Part shown: positions 8,304-15,800 of the stretch, piece after piece | Layout of the letters: each line of letters starts with the position of its first letter | Numbering within the stretch: the first letter of the stretch is position 1 | Assembly (NCBI GenBank): GCA_022708765.1 | Contig: JAKIYB010000004.1 | Span: forward strand, 1-26,743 | DNA length: 26,743 bases | Direction: 5' to 3' | From: Armatimonadota bacterium | GTDB taxonomy: Bacteria > Armatimonadota > Hebobacteria > CAIYQO01 | The notes under the pieces: model-generated | Told to the model about the DNA's origin: nothing | The model's input: only the letters and a program-made list of their open reading frames with translations | The model's database searches: none | Program-made: the position numbers and the translations under genes

Positions 8304-9326
8304 ATGAGGGCGTTGGTGTATAGCGGGCCGGGGGAATTCGCGGTGCGAGAGGTGGGGACGCCGGTGGCGCGGGGCACGGAGGTGCTGCTGCGGGTGCGGG
8401 CGTGCGGGGTGTGCAAGACAGACGTGCACATTCATCACGGGCACTTTTTCGCCGCCTTTCCGCTGATTCCCGGGCACGAGTTCGCCGGCGAGGTGGCGGC
8501 GGTGGGCAAGGCGGTGACACGCGTGAAGGTGGGCGACCGGGTGGCGGCGGACAACCAGGCCGCTTGCGGCCGCTGTGACGCCTGCCGCAGCGGGACGCCG
8601 CTTTTCTGCACGCGCATGTATGCCCAGGGGGTGAACGCGCCCGGCGGCTTCGCGGAGTATACGCTGGTGGACGAAACGCGGCTGTACCCGCTGGCCGACG
8701 GCGTGAGCTTCGAAGAGGGCGCGCTCATCGAACCGGCGGCCTGCGCGGTGCATGGCATTGACGTCATCACTCCGCGCGCCGGTGACGACGCGCTGCAGTT
8801 CGGCGCGGGCGGCACCGGGCTGATTCTGGCCCAGTTGCTGCGCCACGCGGGCGTGGCCACGCTGGCGGTGGCCGACCTTTCCGCGCGCAAGCTGGCGCTG
8901 GCCGAACGGCTGGCGGGCGCGGAAACAGTGGCGGTGCGGCGCGACGTGCCGGAAGCGCACGACCTGGAGTTGAAGAATCGCTACTCGGGCGGCTTCGACA
9001 TCGTCATTGACGCCACCGGCGCCCCGGCGGTGATTCAAAGCCTGCCGCAATACGCCCACCCCGGCGCGAAGCTGGTGATTTACGGCGTCGCGCCGGAGGA
9101 GGCGCGGATTGCGATCAGTCCCTACGACATCTTCCGCCGCGAGTTGACGATCCTCGGCTCCTTCTCGCAGTTGGGCACCTTCCCCCGCGCGGTGAAACTG
9201 GTGAACAGCGGCGTGTTGAAGTTGAAGGAGCTGGTCACCCACACCTTCCCGCTGGAGGGCTGGGCCGACGCGCTGGCACGCATCAGCGGCGGCAGCGATG
9301 AGGTGAAGATGGTGATGACCCCGTAG
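8304..9326 (+). CDS. Zinc-dependent medium-chain dehydrogenase (sugar-alcohol dehydrogenase-like)
   Basis: GVCKTD, GHEFAG, structural Zn site CGRCDAC...C, EPAACAVHG, FGAGGTG Rossmann motif, Asp after beta-2 (VADL) suggesting NAD. Confidence 0.92.
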   Translation: MRALVYSGPGEFAVREVGTPVARGTEVLLRVRACGVCKTDVHIHHGHFFAAFPLIPGHEFAGEVAAVGKAVTRVKVGDRVAADNQAACGRCDACRSGTPLFCTRMYAQGVNAPGGFAEYTLVDETRLYPLADGVSFEEGALIEPAACAVHGIDVITPRAGDDALQFGAGGTGLILAQLLRHAGVATLAVADLSARKLALAERLAGAETVAVRRDVPEAHDLELKNRYSGGFDIVIDATGAPAVIQSLPQYAHPGAKLVIYGVAPEEARIAISPYDIFRRELTILGSFSQLGTFPRAVKLVNSGVLKLKELVTHTFPLEGWADALARISGGSDEVKMVMTP

Positions 9327-9346
9327 GGGGGGATTTTGGATTGTTT

Positions 9347-9388
9347 GGCGACACGCCCCGCATCCCGGTGGACGCGGGGCGTGTCGCC
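9347..9388. terminator. Long GC-rich palindrome between convergent genes
   Basis: 15-bp perfect inverted repeat GGCGACACGCCCCGC / GCGGGGCGTGTCGCC. No good T-tract on either strand. Confidence 0.5.
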
Positions 9389-9396
9389 GTGTTCGG

Positions 9397-10776
9397 TCAG
9401 TAGCCGCGCGTGGCGGTTCCGCCGGTACGGCGGCGGGGGCGATTGCCCGGTCGCGCGGGGGCGGTGTTGCCTCGCGTAGCGGAAGCGCCTTGCCGGGCCG
9501 GAGCGGGTTGGCGAGACGGCGCTTGCGGTTTAGCCGGGGCGGCGGCACGCGCCGGGGGTGAATGCCGGGGCGCGGCGACTGGTTTGTCCCGGCGTGGCGC
9601 CCGGGCGGGCAGCGGATCGCGGTGGAACTCGTCATGCGACGGCGCCGGTTTTGTGTAATCGAACGCCTCCACATAGTGGGTGGTGATTTTCTCGCCCAGG
9701 GTGCGTTCGATATCGCGCAGGGTATCGCGGTCGTCCGTGGTCACGAACGTGATCGCTTCGCCGCTGCGTTCGGCGCGGCCGGTGCGGCCGATGCGGTGGA
9801 TATAGGCGTCGGCGCAGTCCGGAATGTCGTAGTTGATAACGTGCGAAATGGTGGTCACGTCAATGCCGCGGGCGGCGATATCGGTGGCGACCAGCACGCG
9901 GGTAGAACCGGCGCGGAAGGCGGTCAGCGCCGCTTCCCGCTGATTCTGCGACTTATTGGCATGCAGCACGCCCGTCGGGAAGCCGGCGCGGCTCAGTTGC
10001 TCGCAGACGCGATTGGCGCGGTGCTTGGTGCGCGTGAACACGAGCACGGAATCGGTGGCCGTGCCGCGCAGCACTTCCAGCAGCAGCGCGGTTTTCAGGT
10101 GATGCGGCACGGGATAGAGCGTGTGCGCCACCGTTTCCGCCGGGGCGGCGATGCCGATATCAATCCGCGCGGGGTCGTGCAGCGTCTCGCGTACGAAGCT
10201 GTTGAGCTCCGGCGCGAAGGTGGCGGAGAAGAGCATCGTCTGGCGCTCGCGCGGCAGCAGGCTGATGATGCGGCGAACGGCGGGCAGAAAGCCCATGTCC
10301 AGCATGCGGTCCGCTTCGTCCAACACCAGGCACTCGACGTGGTCCAGATTCGCGTTGCCGCGCGCGACGTGATCGAGCAGGCGGCCCGGGCAGGCGACGA
10401 GAATTTCAACGCCGCCGCGCAGCGCGCGCTCCTGGGCGGCCATGCCCACCCCGCCAAAAATGGTGGCGGCGCGCAGATTGGTGTGCATGCCCAGTTGATT
10501 GATGGCGTCATGCACCTGGATGGCCAGCTCCCGGGTGGGAGTGAGCACCAGCGCGCGGGTGTGGCGCGTCTCGCGAGGGCCGGTGAGCAGGCGGTGGAGC
10601 AGCGGCAGCGCGAAGGCAGCGGTCTTGCCGGTGCCGGTCTGCGCGGTGCCGAGGATATCGCGCCCGGATAGTGCCGGGGGAATCGCGGCGGCCTGGATGG
10701 GCGTGGGGTCCTGATAGCCGGCGGCGGCGATGGCGCGCCGCAGGCGTTCATGCAGGGAAAACTGAGTAAAGGTCAT
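9397..10776 (-). CDS. rhlE: DEAD-box RNA helicase (RhlE-like) with Pro/Arg/Ala-rich C-terminal tail
   Basis: Q motif PTPIQ, AQTGTGKT, PTRELA, LDEADRML, SAT, ATDIAARGID, YIHRIGRTGRA. Alternative start at ATG 10788. The subfamily name is less certain than the family. Confidence 0.9.
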   Translation of the reverse strand: MTFTQFSLHERLRRAIAAAGYQDPTPIQAAAIPPALSGRDILGTAQTGTGKTAAFALPLLHRLLTGPRETRHTRALVLTPTRELAIQVHDAINQLGMHTNLRAATIFGGVGMAAQERALRGGVEILVACPGRLLDHVARGNANLDHVECLVLDEADRMLDMGFLPAVRRIISLLPRERQTMLFSATFAPELNSFVRETLHDPARIDIGIAAPAETVAHTLYPVPHHLKTALLLEVLRGTATDSVLVFTRTKHRANRVCEQLSRAGFPTGVLHANKSQNQREAALTAFRAGSTRVLVATDIAARGIDVTTISHVINYDIPDCADAYIHRIGRTGRAERSGEAITFVTTDDRDTLRDIERTLGEKITTHYVEAFDYTKPAPSHDEFHRDPLPARAPRRDKPVAAPRHSPPARAAAPAKPQAPSRQPAPARQGASATRGNTAPARPGNRPRRRTGGTATRGY

Positions 10777-10915
10777 GCGTACTTTCATTGGGGACCAGCC
10801 AGGGGCGCGCGAGCGCGCCCACTTCCGGACTGGCAGTCGAACGTGATCGCCAGACGGCAGGCATGCGCGTGCCGCGTGGGCGCCGGAACAGGGGAGTCAG
10901 TACATGGAGAGATCG

Positions 10916-10954
10916 CGCGTATCCCCCGCTCCGGGCAGGAACGGGGGATATGCG
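10916..10954. other. 13-bp stem-loop just downstream of the zinc-ribbon gene stop
   Basis: CGCGTATCCCCCG / CGGGGGATATGCG with one wobble. No T-tract. Confidence 0.5.
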
Positions 10955-10960
10955 AGGATG

Positions 10961-11341
10961 TTACCAGCGGCTGCTGCGCTGGCGGCCACCACCGCCGCCG
11001 TACCCGCCGCCGTAACCGCCGCCGCCGCCGCGGCTACCGCCGCCGCGCTGGCTCTGGAAACAATCCGAGCAGTAGACGGGCTTTTCGCCGGAGGGCACGA
11101 AGGGCACCTGGCACTCTTTGCCGCAGGCGGAGCAAGTGGCGGTGTGCATTTCGCGCGGGCCACCAGTACCGCGGCTGCCGCCGCCGAAGCCGCCGGACGC
11201 TTTGCGCGCAGAGCGGCACGCCGGGCAGCGGCCCGGGGTGTTGGTGAAGCCTTTTTCGGCATGGAATTCCTGTTCGCCCGCCGTAAAGACGAACGATTGG
11301 CCGCAATCGCGGCAGCTAAGGGTCTTGTCGGTGTAGCTCAT
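10961..11341 (-). CDS. Two-domain zinc-ribbon protein (N-terminal CxxC...CxxC ribbon + CxxC-x17-CxxC domain) with Gly-rich tails
   Basis: MSYTDKTLSCRDCGQSFVFTAGEQEFHAEKGFTNTPGRCPACR and MHTATCSACGKECQVPFVPSGEKPVYCSDCF. AAGGAG RBS before ATG 11341. Confidence 0.92.
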   Translation of the reverse strand: MSYTDKTLSCRDCGQSFVFTAGEQEFHAEKGFTNTPGRCPACRSARKASGGFGGGSRGTGGPREMHTATCSACGKECQVPFVPSGEKPVYCSDCFQSQRGGGSRGGGGGYGGGYGGGGGRQRSSRW

Positions 11342-11497
11342 GGCTTGCACTCCTTACTAAGTTCGGTACCGTCATCGGGTTCGGTGATTTGGATGGCGGA
11401 CATGGTGTGCAATGCATGGGCATGGACAACCGGTACGAGGCCAAATCAGGCGGAACACTGTCGGTCCAGTCGGAAAGATTGTCTCCCCGACTATCAC

Positions 11498-11526
11498 AGT
11501 TTACCGGAAATGGGGCCGCGACGCAA
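11498..11526 (-). promoter_or_regulatory. Putative sigma70 promoter for the zinc-ribbon gene at 11341
   Basis: TTGCGT-17 nt-TAAACT, implying a ~150-nt 5' UTR. Confidence 0.65.
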
Positions 11527-11540
11527 GAGGGAAACCAAAA

Positions 11541-11735
11541 TTAGCGCCGGCGTCGGTTTCCACCCCCGCGACGGCGCCCGCCTTTTGCTTCGTCTTTGGC
11601 ATCTTTGCGCGCGCGTTTACACTCCGGACAACAGGAAGGCGGGGGAAATGCATTGGCGTCATAAAGCGCCTGCTCTTCTTCGGAAAAGACAAATTCCGCC
11701 AGGCAGGCATCGCAGGTGAGTAGGATTTCCGGCAT
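11541..11735 (-). CDS. Single zinc-ribbon domain protein with basic tail (paralog of the N-domain of the neighbouring gene)
   Basis: MPEILLTCDACLAEFVFSEEEQALYDANAFPPPSCCPECKRARK...GGRRRGGGNRRRR aligns by eye with LSCRDCGQSFVFTAGEQEF...RCPACR. GAAGGGG RBS before ATG 11735. Confidence 0.8.
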   Translation of the reverse strand: MPEILLTCDACLAEFVFSEEEQALYDANAFPPPSCCPECKRARKDAKDEAKGGRRRGGGNRRRR

Positions 11736-11839
11736 GAGGCTCGGCCCCTTCATTTGATGGATTCCATCTCGGGCCGGGCAGTGAAAGGTGGCGAATCGCG
11801 GGACACTCCAGCAGCCACCCAATCCGAAACAGTAGCGCC

Positions 11840-11868
11840 AGTGTATCGCCACGGCAGATGCCTGTCAA
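11840..11868 (-). promoter_or_regulatory. Near-consensus sigma70 promoter for the zinc-ribbon gene at 11735
   Basis: TTGACA-17 nt-TACACT, implying a ~100-nt 5' UTR. Confidence 0.75.
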
Positions 11869-11950
11869 TTCACGCCGGAGGGTGCGCGGCTCTTGCAACG
11901 ACGCGCGTGCCGTTCGAATTCCGCGCGGATTCGCCCTTTCCCTCGGTTCA

Positions 11951-11959
11951 TGCTATACT
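11951..11959 (+). promoter_or_regulatory. Extended -10 promoter for the thioesterase-GT2 pair
   Basis: TG-C-TATACT 40 nt upstream of ATG 11999. No clear -35. Confidence 0.5.
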
Positions 11960-11998
11960 AAAGCATGCACGGCCCGGCGTGCCGGGCGAGGATCAGTC

Positions 11999-12415
11999 AT
12001 GGACTTCGTCGCGGATCAGATGTGTTTTGCCTGCGGACGCGAGAACCCCATTGGTCTCCGGCTCACCTTTGCTTTTGACGGCGCTGAGTATGTCACGCGT
12101 TTTACCGCGGACGCGCGCGTGCAGGGGTATCACGGCATTATCCACGGCGGCATCGTCGCCACGCTCCTGGACGAGGTGATGGCGCGGCTGGTGTGGGAAC
12201 GGGCCGGGCCGTCGGCGACGGCGCGGCTGGATGTGCGCTATCGCCATCCGGCGCCTGTCGGCGTGCCCATCGAGGTGCGTGGTCGCATCACCGCCGTACG
12301 CCGCGCCGGTCAGGTCTACGAGACCGCGGCGACCGCGGCGCTGGCCGACGGCACCGTGCTGGCGGAAGCCACCGGCATGGTGATGCGCATGCAGCCCGCG
12401 GAGGGAGAAGCCTGA
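11999..12415 (+). CDS. PaaI-family (hotdog fold) thioesterase
   Basis: CFACGRENPIGL, HGGIVATLLDE and VRYRHPAPVG motifs. GAGGA RBS before ATG 11999. Confidence 0.88.
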   Translation: MDFVADQMCFACGRENPIGLRLTFAFDGAEYVTRFTADARVQGYHGIIHGGIVATLLDEVMARLVWERAGPSATARLDVRYRHPAPVGVPIEVRGRITAVRRAGQVYETAATAALADGTVLAEATGMVMRMQPAEGEA

Positions 12416-13092
12416 TGTCCGTCGTCACCGTGATCATCCCGGCATATAACGAAGCGCCCCGCCTGGCGGAGGTGGTTGAAACGGTTCGGGCGGCATCGCT
12501 GGTCCATGAGATCATCGTGGTGGATGACGGCTCACTGGACGACACCGCGCGCGTCGCCCGCGGGCTGGGGGTGCGCGTGGTGCGCTTGCCGGAGAATCTC
12601 GGCAAGGGCTCCGCGATGCGCGCCGGCGCGCAGGCGGCGACTGGCGACATCCTCCTCTTCCTCGACGCCGACCTGCGCAACCTTGCCCCCGAACAGGTGG
12701 ATAGCCTCATCCGCCCGGTGTTGGAGCGTGAGGCGGGGATGACCATCGGCATTTTCCGCGGCGGCCGCGCCGCCACCGACCTCGCGCAGGTAATCAGCCC
12801 GCACCTCTCCGGCCAGCGCTGCCTGCCCCGCGACTTCTTCCTCGCCGCCCCGCTGGTGGGCGGCAGCCGTTCCGGCGTGGAGATCGCCCTCACCGTGCAT
12901 GCGCGCGCCTGCAAGCTCGCCATCCAGACAGTGGAGCTGCCGGGCGCCACCCATACGATGAAAGAGGAGAAAATCGGCATCGTGCGCGGCACGCTCGCGC
13001 GCTGGCGCATGTATACCGATATCCTCGCCACGCTGATCCGCTACCATGTGGCCACGCGCGCGCAAAAACGCTTCCCCGTACATAGCGAGTGA
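12415..13092 (+). CDS. GT-A fold glycosyltransferase family 2 (GpgS-like short form)
   Basis: VIIPAYNE, VVDDGS, GKGSAM, FLDADL, LSGQR, SGVE motifs. TGATG overlap with the thioesterase stop. Confidence 0.88.
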   Translation: MSVVTVIIPAYNEAPRLAEVVETVRAASLVHEIIVVDDGSLDDTARVARGLGVRVVRLPENLGKGSAMRAGAQAATGDILLFLDADLRNLAPEQVDSLIRPVLEREAGMTIGIFRGGRAATDLAQVISPHLSGQRCLPRDFFLAAPLVGGSRSGVEIALTVHARACKLAIQTVELPGATHTMKEEKIGIVRGTLARWRMYTDILATLIRYHVATRAQKRFPVHSE

Positions 13093-13209
13093 CCGGGCGG
13101 GCGTTTTGCGGCAAGACGCGCGGGGTACCAACAGGGCGGATTCGACGCCTGGCATGCGGATTCGTACCGCGAGACCGCCGAGGACTCGCGCTCTCCGATG
13201 CATGTTCCC

Positions 13210-13236
13210 GCAACCTTCGGGCGCGTCGCGCGTCTA
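13210..13236 (+). promoter_or_regulatory. Putative ECF sigma-factor promoter upstream of the DegP-like gene
   Basis: GCAAC-16 nt-CGTCTA matches the AAC-N16-CGTC pattern of many ECF sigmas. I found no good sigma70 -10 here. Confidence 0.5.
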
Positions 13237-13299
13237 TATGTGGTAGAGCGTTACGCATAACTGTTTGGTGATGCACTTATTTCGCTTGAGGAGGAACCA

Positions 13300-14664
13300 A
13301 TGACACTGCATCAGCAACTATCCGTGATGGGGGTGCTGCTGGTCGCGCTGCTGACCGGCGCGGGATTGGCCGCGCCGCCCGATACCGCGACGCAGGCGCT
13401 GGAACAGACGCAACTCGCGTTCCGCGCCGTCCACGCGAAGGTGGCGCCGGCCATCGTCTCCATCTCGGCGCGGGGCGTCGAGGCCGCCAATCCCCTGGGC
13501 GGGCAGCGGCCGTTCCGCTCCTCGGGTTCTGGCGTCATCATCCGCAAAGAGGGCATCGTGTTGACGAATTCGCACGTCGTCGCCAATGCCACCCGCCTGA
13601 CGGTGAAGATGCCCGACTCCGACAAAGAACTGCCCGCCGAGGTAGTGCAGACCGATCCGCGCACCGACCTGGCGGTGGTGCGCATCACCGAAAAGGGCGA
13701 CTACCCGGTAGCAACGCTGGGCGACGCCGCCGCGGTGAAGGAGGGCGACTGGGCGGTGGCCTTCGGCACGATGACGGTAGGCATCATCAGCGCGACGAAC
13801 CGCCGCATCCCCAGCCCGACCGATGAGTTCACCTATCGCGACCTGCTGCAGACGGACGCCGCCATCAATCCCGGCAACAGCGGCGGCGCGCTGGTGAATA
13901 TTCGCGGCGAGCTCATCGGCATCAACTTCATGATCTTCAGCCCGAACGATTCGCCGGGCAGCGTGGGCATCGGCTTCGCCATCCCCATCAACGAGTTTAC
14001 AAAGCAGGTGATTGAGGCGCTGGTGAGCGGCAAAGCGTTCGAGCGCGGGCAGCTCGGCGTGCGTATCGCCGACCTGGACCCCACCCTGCGCGAGGAATAC
14101 GGCGTGAAAGAGGGCGGGGTATTCGTGCATGAAGTCGCCCCCGGCGGCGCGGCGGAAAAGGCCGGCATTCAGGCCGAAGACATCATCGTCGCCGTCAACG
14201 GCACGAAGATCACTGACACCAACCAGTTCGTGCGCCTCATCGAGGCGACGAAGCCGGGTTCCAAGGTGACGGTGACGGTGATGCGCGGCAAGAAGACACA
14301 GGACGTGACGGTGACCATGGGCGCCGTTGACGCCCCGCGTGCAAACAGCTATGCGACGAAACTCGGTCTTACCGTCACCGGCATCACGCCGGAAATGGCC
14401 GCCCAGCTTCGCCTGCCCGTCACCCGCGGGGTGGTGATAACCAATGTCGCCGCCGGCAGCATCGCGGAAGAATCCGACCTGCGCCGCGGCGACATCATTC
14501 TCCGCGTCGGCACCGCCTTCGAGGGCGTGGAAGTGACCACCCCGGAGGAATTCTGGGCGGCGGTGGATAAAGGCATGAACGCCCGCGGCTCCCTCGGCGT
14601 CGTGCTGCAGATCCGCCGCGGCGCCCGGATCTTCATCCGGACGCTGGAGAAACCGACGGAATAA
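13300..14664 (+). CDS. HtrA/DegP-family trypsin-like serine protease with two PDZ domains
   Basis: Signal peptide, GAGGAGG RBS, triad motifs TNSHVV / TDLAVV / GNSGGAL, QTDAAINPG, and two PDZ repeats. Confidence 0.93.
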   Translation: MTLHQQLSVMGVLLVALLTGAGLAAPPDTATQALEQTQLAFRAVHAKVAPAIVSISARGVEAANPLGGQRPFRSSGSGVIIRKEGIVLTNSHVVANATRLTVKMPDSDKELPAEVVQTDPRTDLAVVRITEKGDYPVATLGDAAAVKEGDWAVAFGTMTVGIISATNRRIPSPTDEFTYRDLLQTDAAINPGNSGGALVNIRGELIGINFMIFSPNDSPGSVGIGFAIPINEFTKQVIEALVSGKAFERGQLGVRIADLDPTLREEYGVKEGGVFVHEVAPGGAAEKAGIQAEDIIVAVNGTKITDTNQFVRLIEATKPGSKVTVTVMRGKKTQDVTVTMGAVDAPRANSYATKLGLTVTGITPEMAAQLRLPVTRGVVITNVAAGSIAEESDLRRGDIILRVGTAFEGVEVTTPEEFWAAVDKGMNARGSLGVVLQIRRGARIFIRTLEKPTE

Positions 14665-14674
14665 AATACGGCTA

Positions 14675-14712
14675 ATCCCGACCCGTGACGCATGGGTGTC
14701 GCGGGTCGGGAT
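14675..14712. terminator. 17-bp stem-loop after the DegP-like gene
   Basis: ATCCCGACCCG / CGGGTCGGGAT perfect 11 bp plus 6 more pairs (two G-T), loop ATGG. No T-tract. Confidence 0.5.
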
Positions 14713-14746
14713 CTCCAACAGGTGCATTCGGGCACGGAGGCTTCCG

Positions 14747-15109
14747 ATGATCATTTCCCTCATGAACACCTGGGCGATAATGGATAAACGACGGCAAGCG
14801 CTGACCGTTGGCCGGGCAGTGCTGGCGCCGTTTGTGTATGTGCTCCTCACCATGCCGATCTTCCTCATCGTGAGTAGTGCCAATCCATACTGGCAGCGTT
14901 CTGCACCGTGGTGGTATTACACGCTGGGTATCCCCATTGCTATCTGGTATCTCCTGTTGCTGACCATGTTTTTTCGACACCTGCGCGGTAACTCGCGGAT
15001 CGAAGAAGAACAGCGTCCATTGTGGCGCTTCTTGCTCATCGTCGGCAACTTCTACAGCATGGCGTATTATTGGTACCGCTTCATGTGGCCGGAGCTGCGA
15101 GAGCCGTGA
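14747..15109 (+). CDS. Small hypothetical membrane protein (about 3 TM segments)
   Basis: GGAGG RBS 6 nt before ATG 14747, three hydrophobic Trp/Tyr-rich segments, visibly more AT-rich than the flanking genes. Confidence 0.65.
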   Translation: MIISLMNTWAIMDKRRQALTVGRAVLAPFVYVLLTMPIFLIVSSANPYWQRSAPWWYYTLGIPIAIWYLLLLTMFFRHLRGNSRIEEEQRPLWRFLLIVGNFYSMAYYWYRFMWPELREP

Positions 15110-15445
15110 CGAATCGGTGATACTCAGCGCTCCCTGTCGCCGATCGGCCTGCATCAACACATCGCCTGCTGGAGAAGCTGGGCTGGTTGCCGGCGTGAGG
15201 GGGGACCGACAGTTGCGTTGATAGACACCGATGAGGGAAGGCTTGGTTGAACGCCGTTCCGCTTCACCCCCAAATCACCACCAAACCTGTGTAAAAAAGT
15301 GCGATTTTGGGAGTGAGTCGGCATGTGGGATGCGATACTGGCGACTGCTGTGACGCGCATACCCTCGTTCCGTAGCGCGCGCCGGCCCTGGCGCGCAGGG
15401 GTGGAGATTTCTCCCCCACGTGCGACACAAGCGGAAAAGGAACCT

Positions 15446-15508
15446 CTACCCCTTGCGCTTGCGCCCCGAGTGCATCACCCCGCACAACACGCTACACTGC
15501 ACAATCAT
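15446..15508 (-). CDS. Candidate 20-aa small ORF MIVQCSVLCGVMHSGRKRKG
   Basis: AAAGGTG 8 nt before the ATG and a putative promoter about 70 nt upstream. Too short to validate. Confidence 0.25.
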   Translation of the reverse strand: MIVQCSVLCGVMHSGRKRKG

Positions 15509-15575
15509 GGGTGATACACCTTTCCCCGAAGCGGGAGCAGCCCAGACGTTCTTCTGTTGTTGCGGTACATACGCC

Positions 15576-15602
15576 AGCATAGCACACTTTTCATTGTATC
15601 AA
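15576..15602 (-). promoter_or_regulatory. Putative extended -10 promoter pointing into non-coding DNA
   Basis: TG-C-TATGCT with TTGATA 15 nt upstream (short spacer). Confidence 0.4.
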
Positions 15603-15621
15603 TACTGCTGCTTTACGCATT

Positions 15622-15661
15622 CCCCCCTCTACCTTTGGGAGAGGGGGCCAGGGGGTGAGGG
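15622..15661 (+). repeat. REP-like palindromic repeat, copy 1
   Basis: CCCCCCTCTACC-TTT-GGGAGAGGGGG-CCAGGGGGTGAGGG. Confidence 0.75.
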
Positions 15662-15800
15662 CCGCGCGTAAGCGCCGTTCTCACCCGCTGGTATACGTTT
15701 GTCCGTATATGCGGCTCGATAAAGTTCACAAATCATCAAAATCACGGTATAGCAGAATTGCCCGTAATAGTCCGTCTGTCTGTGTACCTCCACGCCCTTT

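Noticed and set aside
10970-11050. GGC/GGT-rich tandem repeats
   Set aside because: Explained by the Gly-rich tail of the zinc-ribbon protein.
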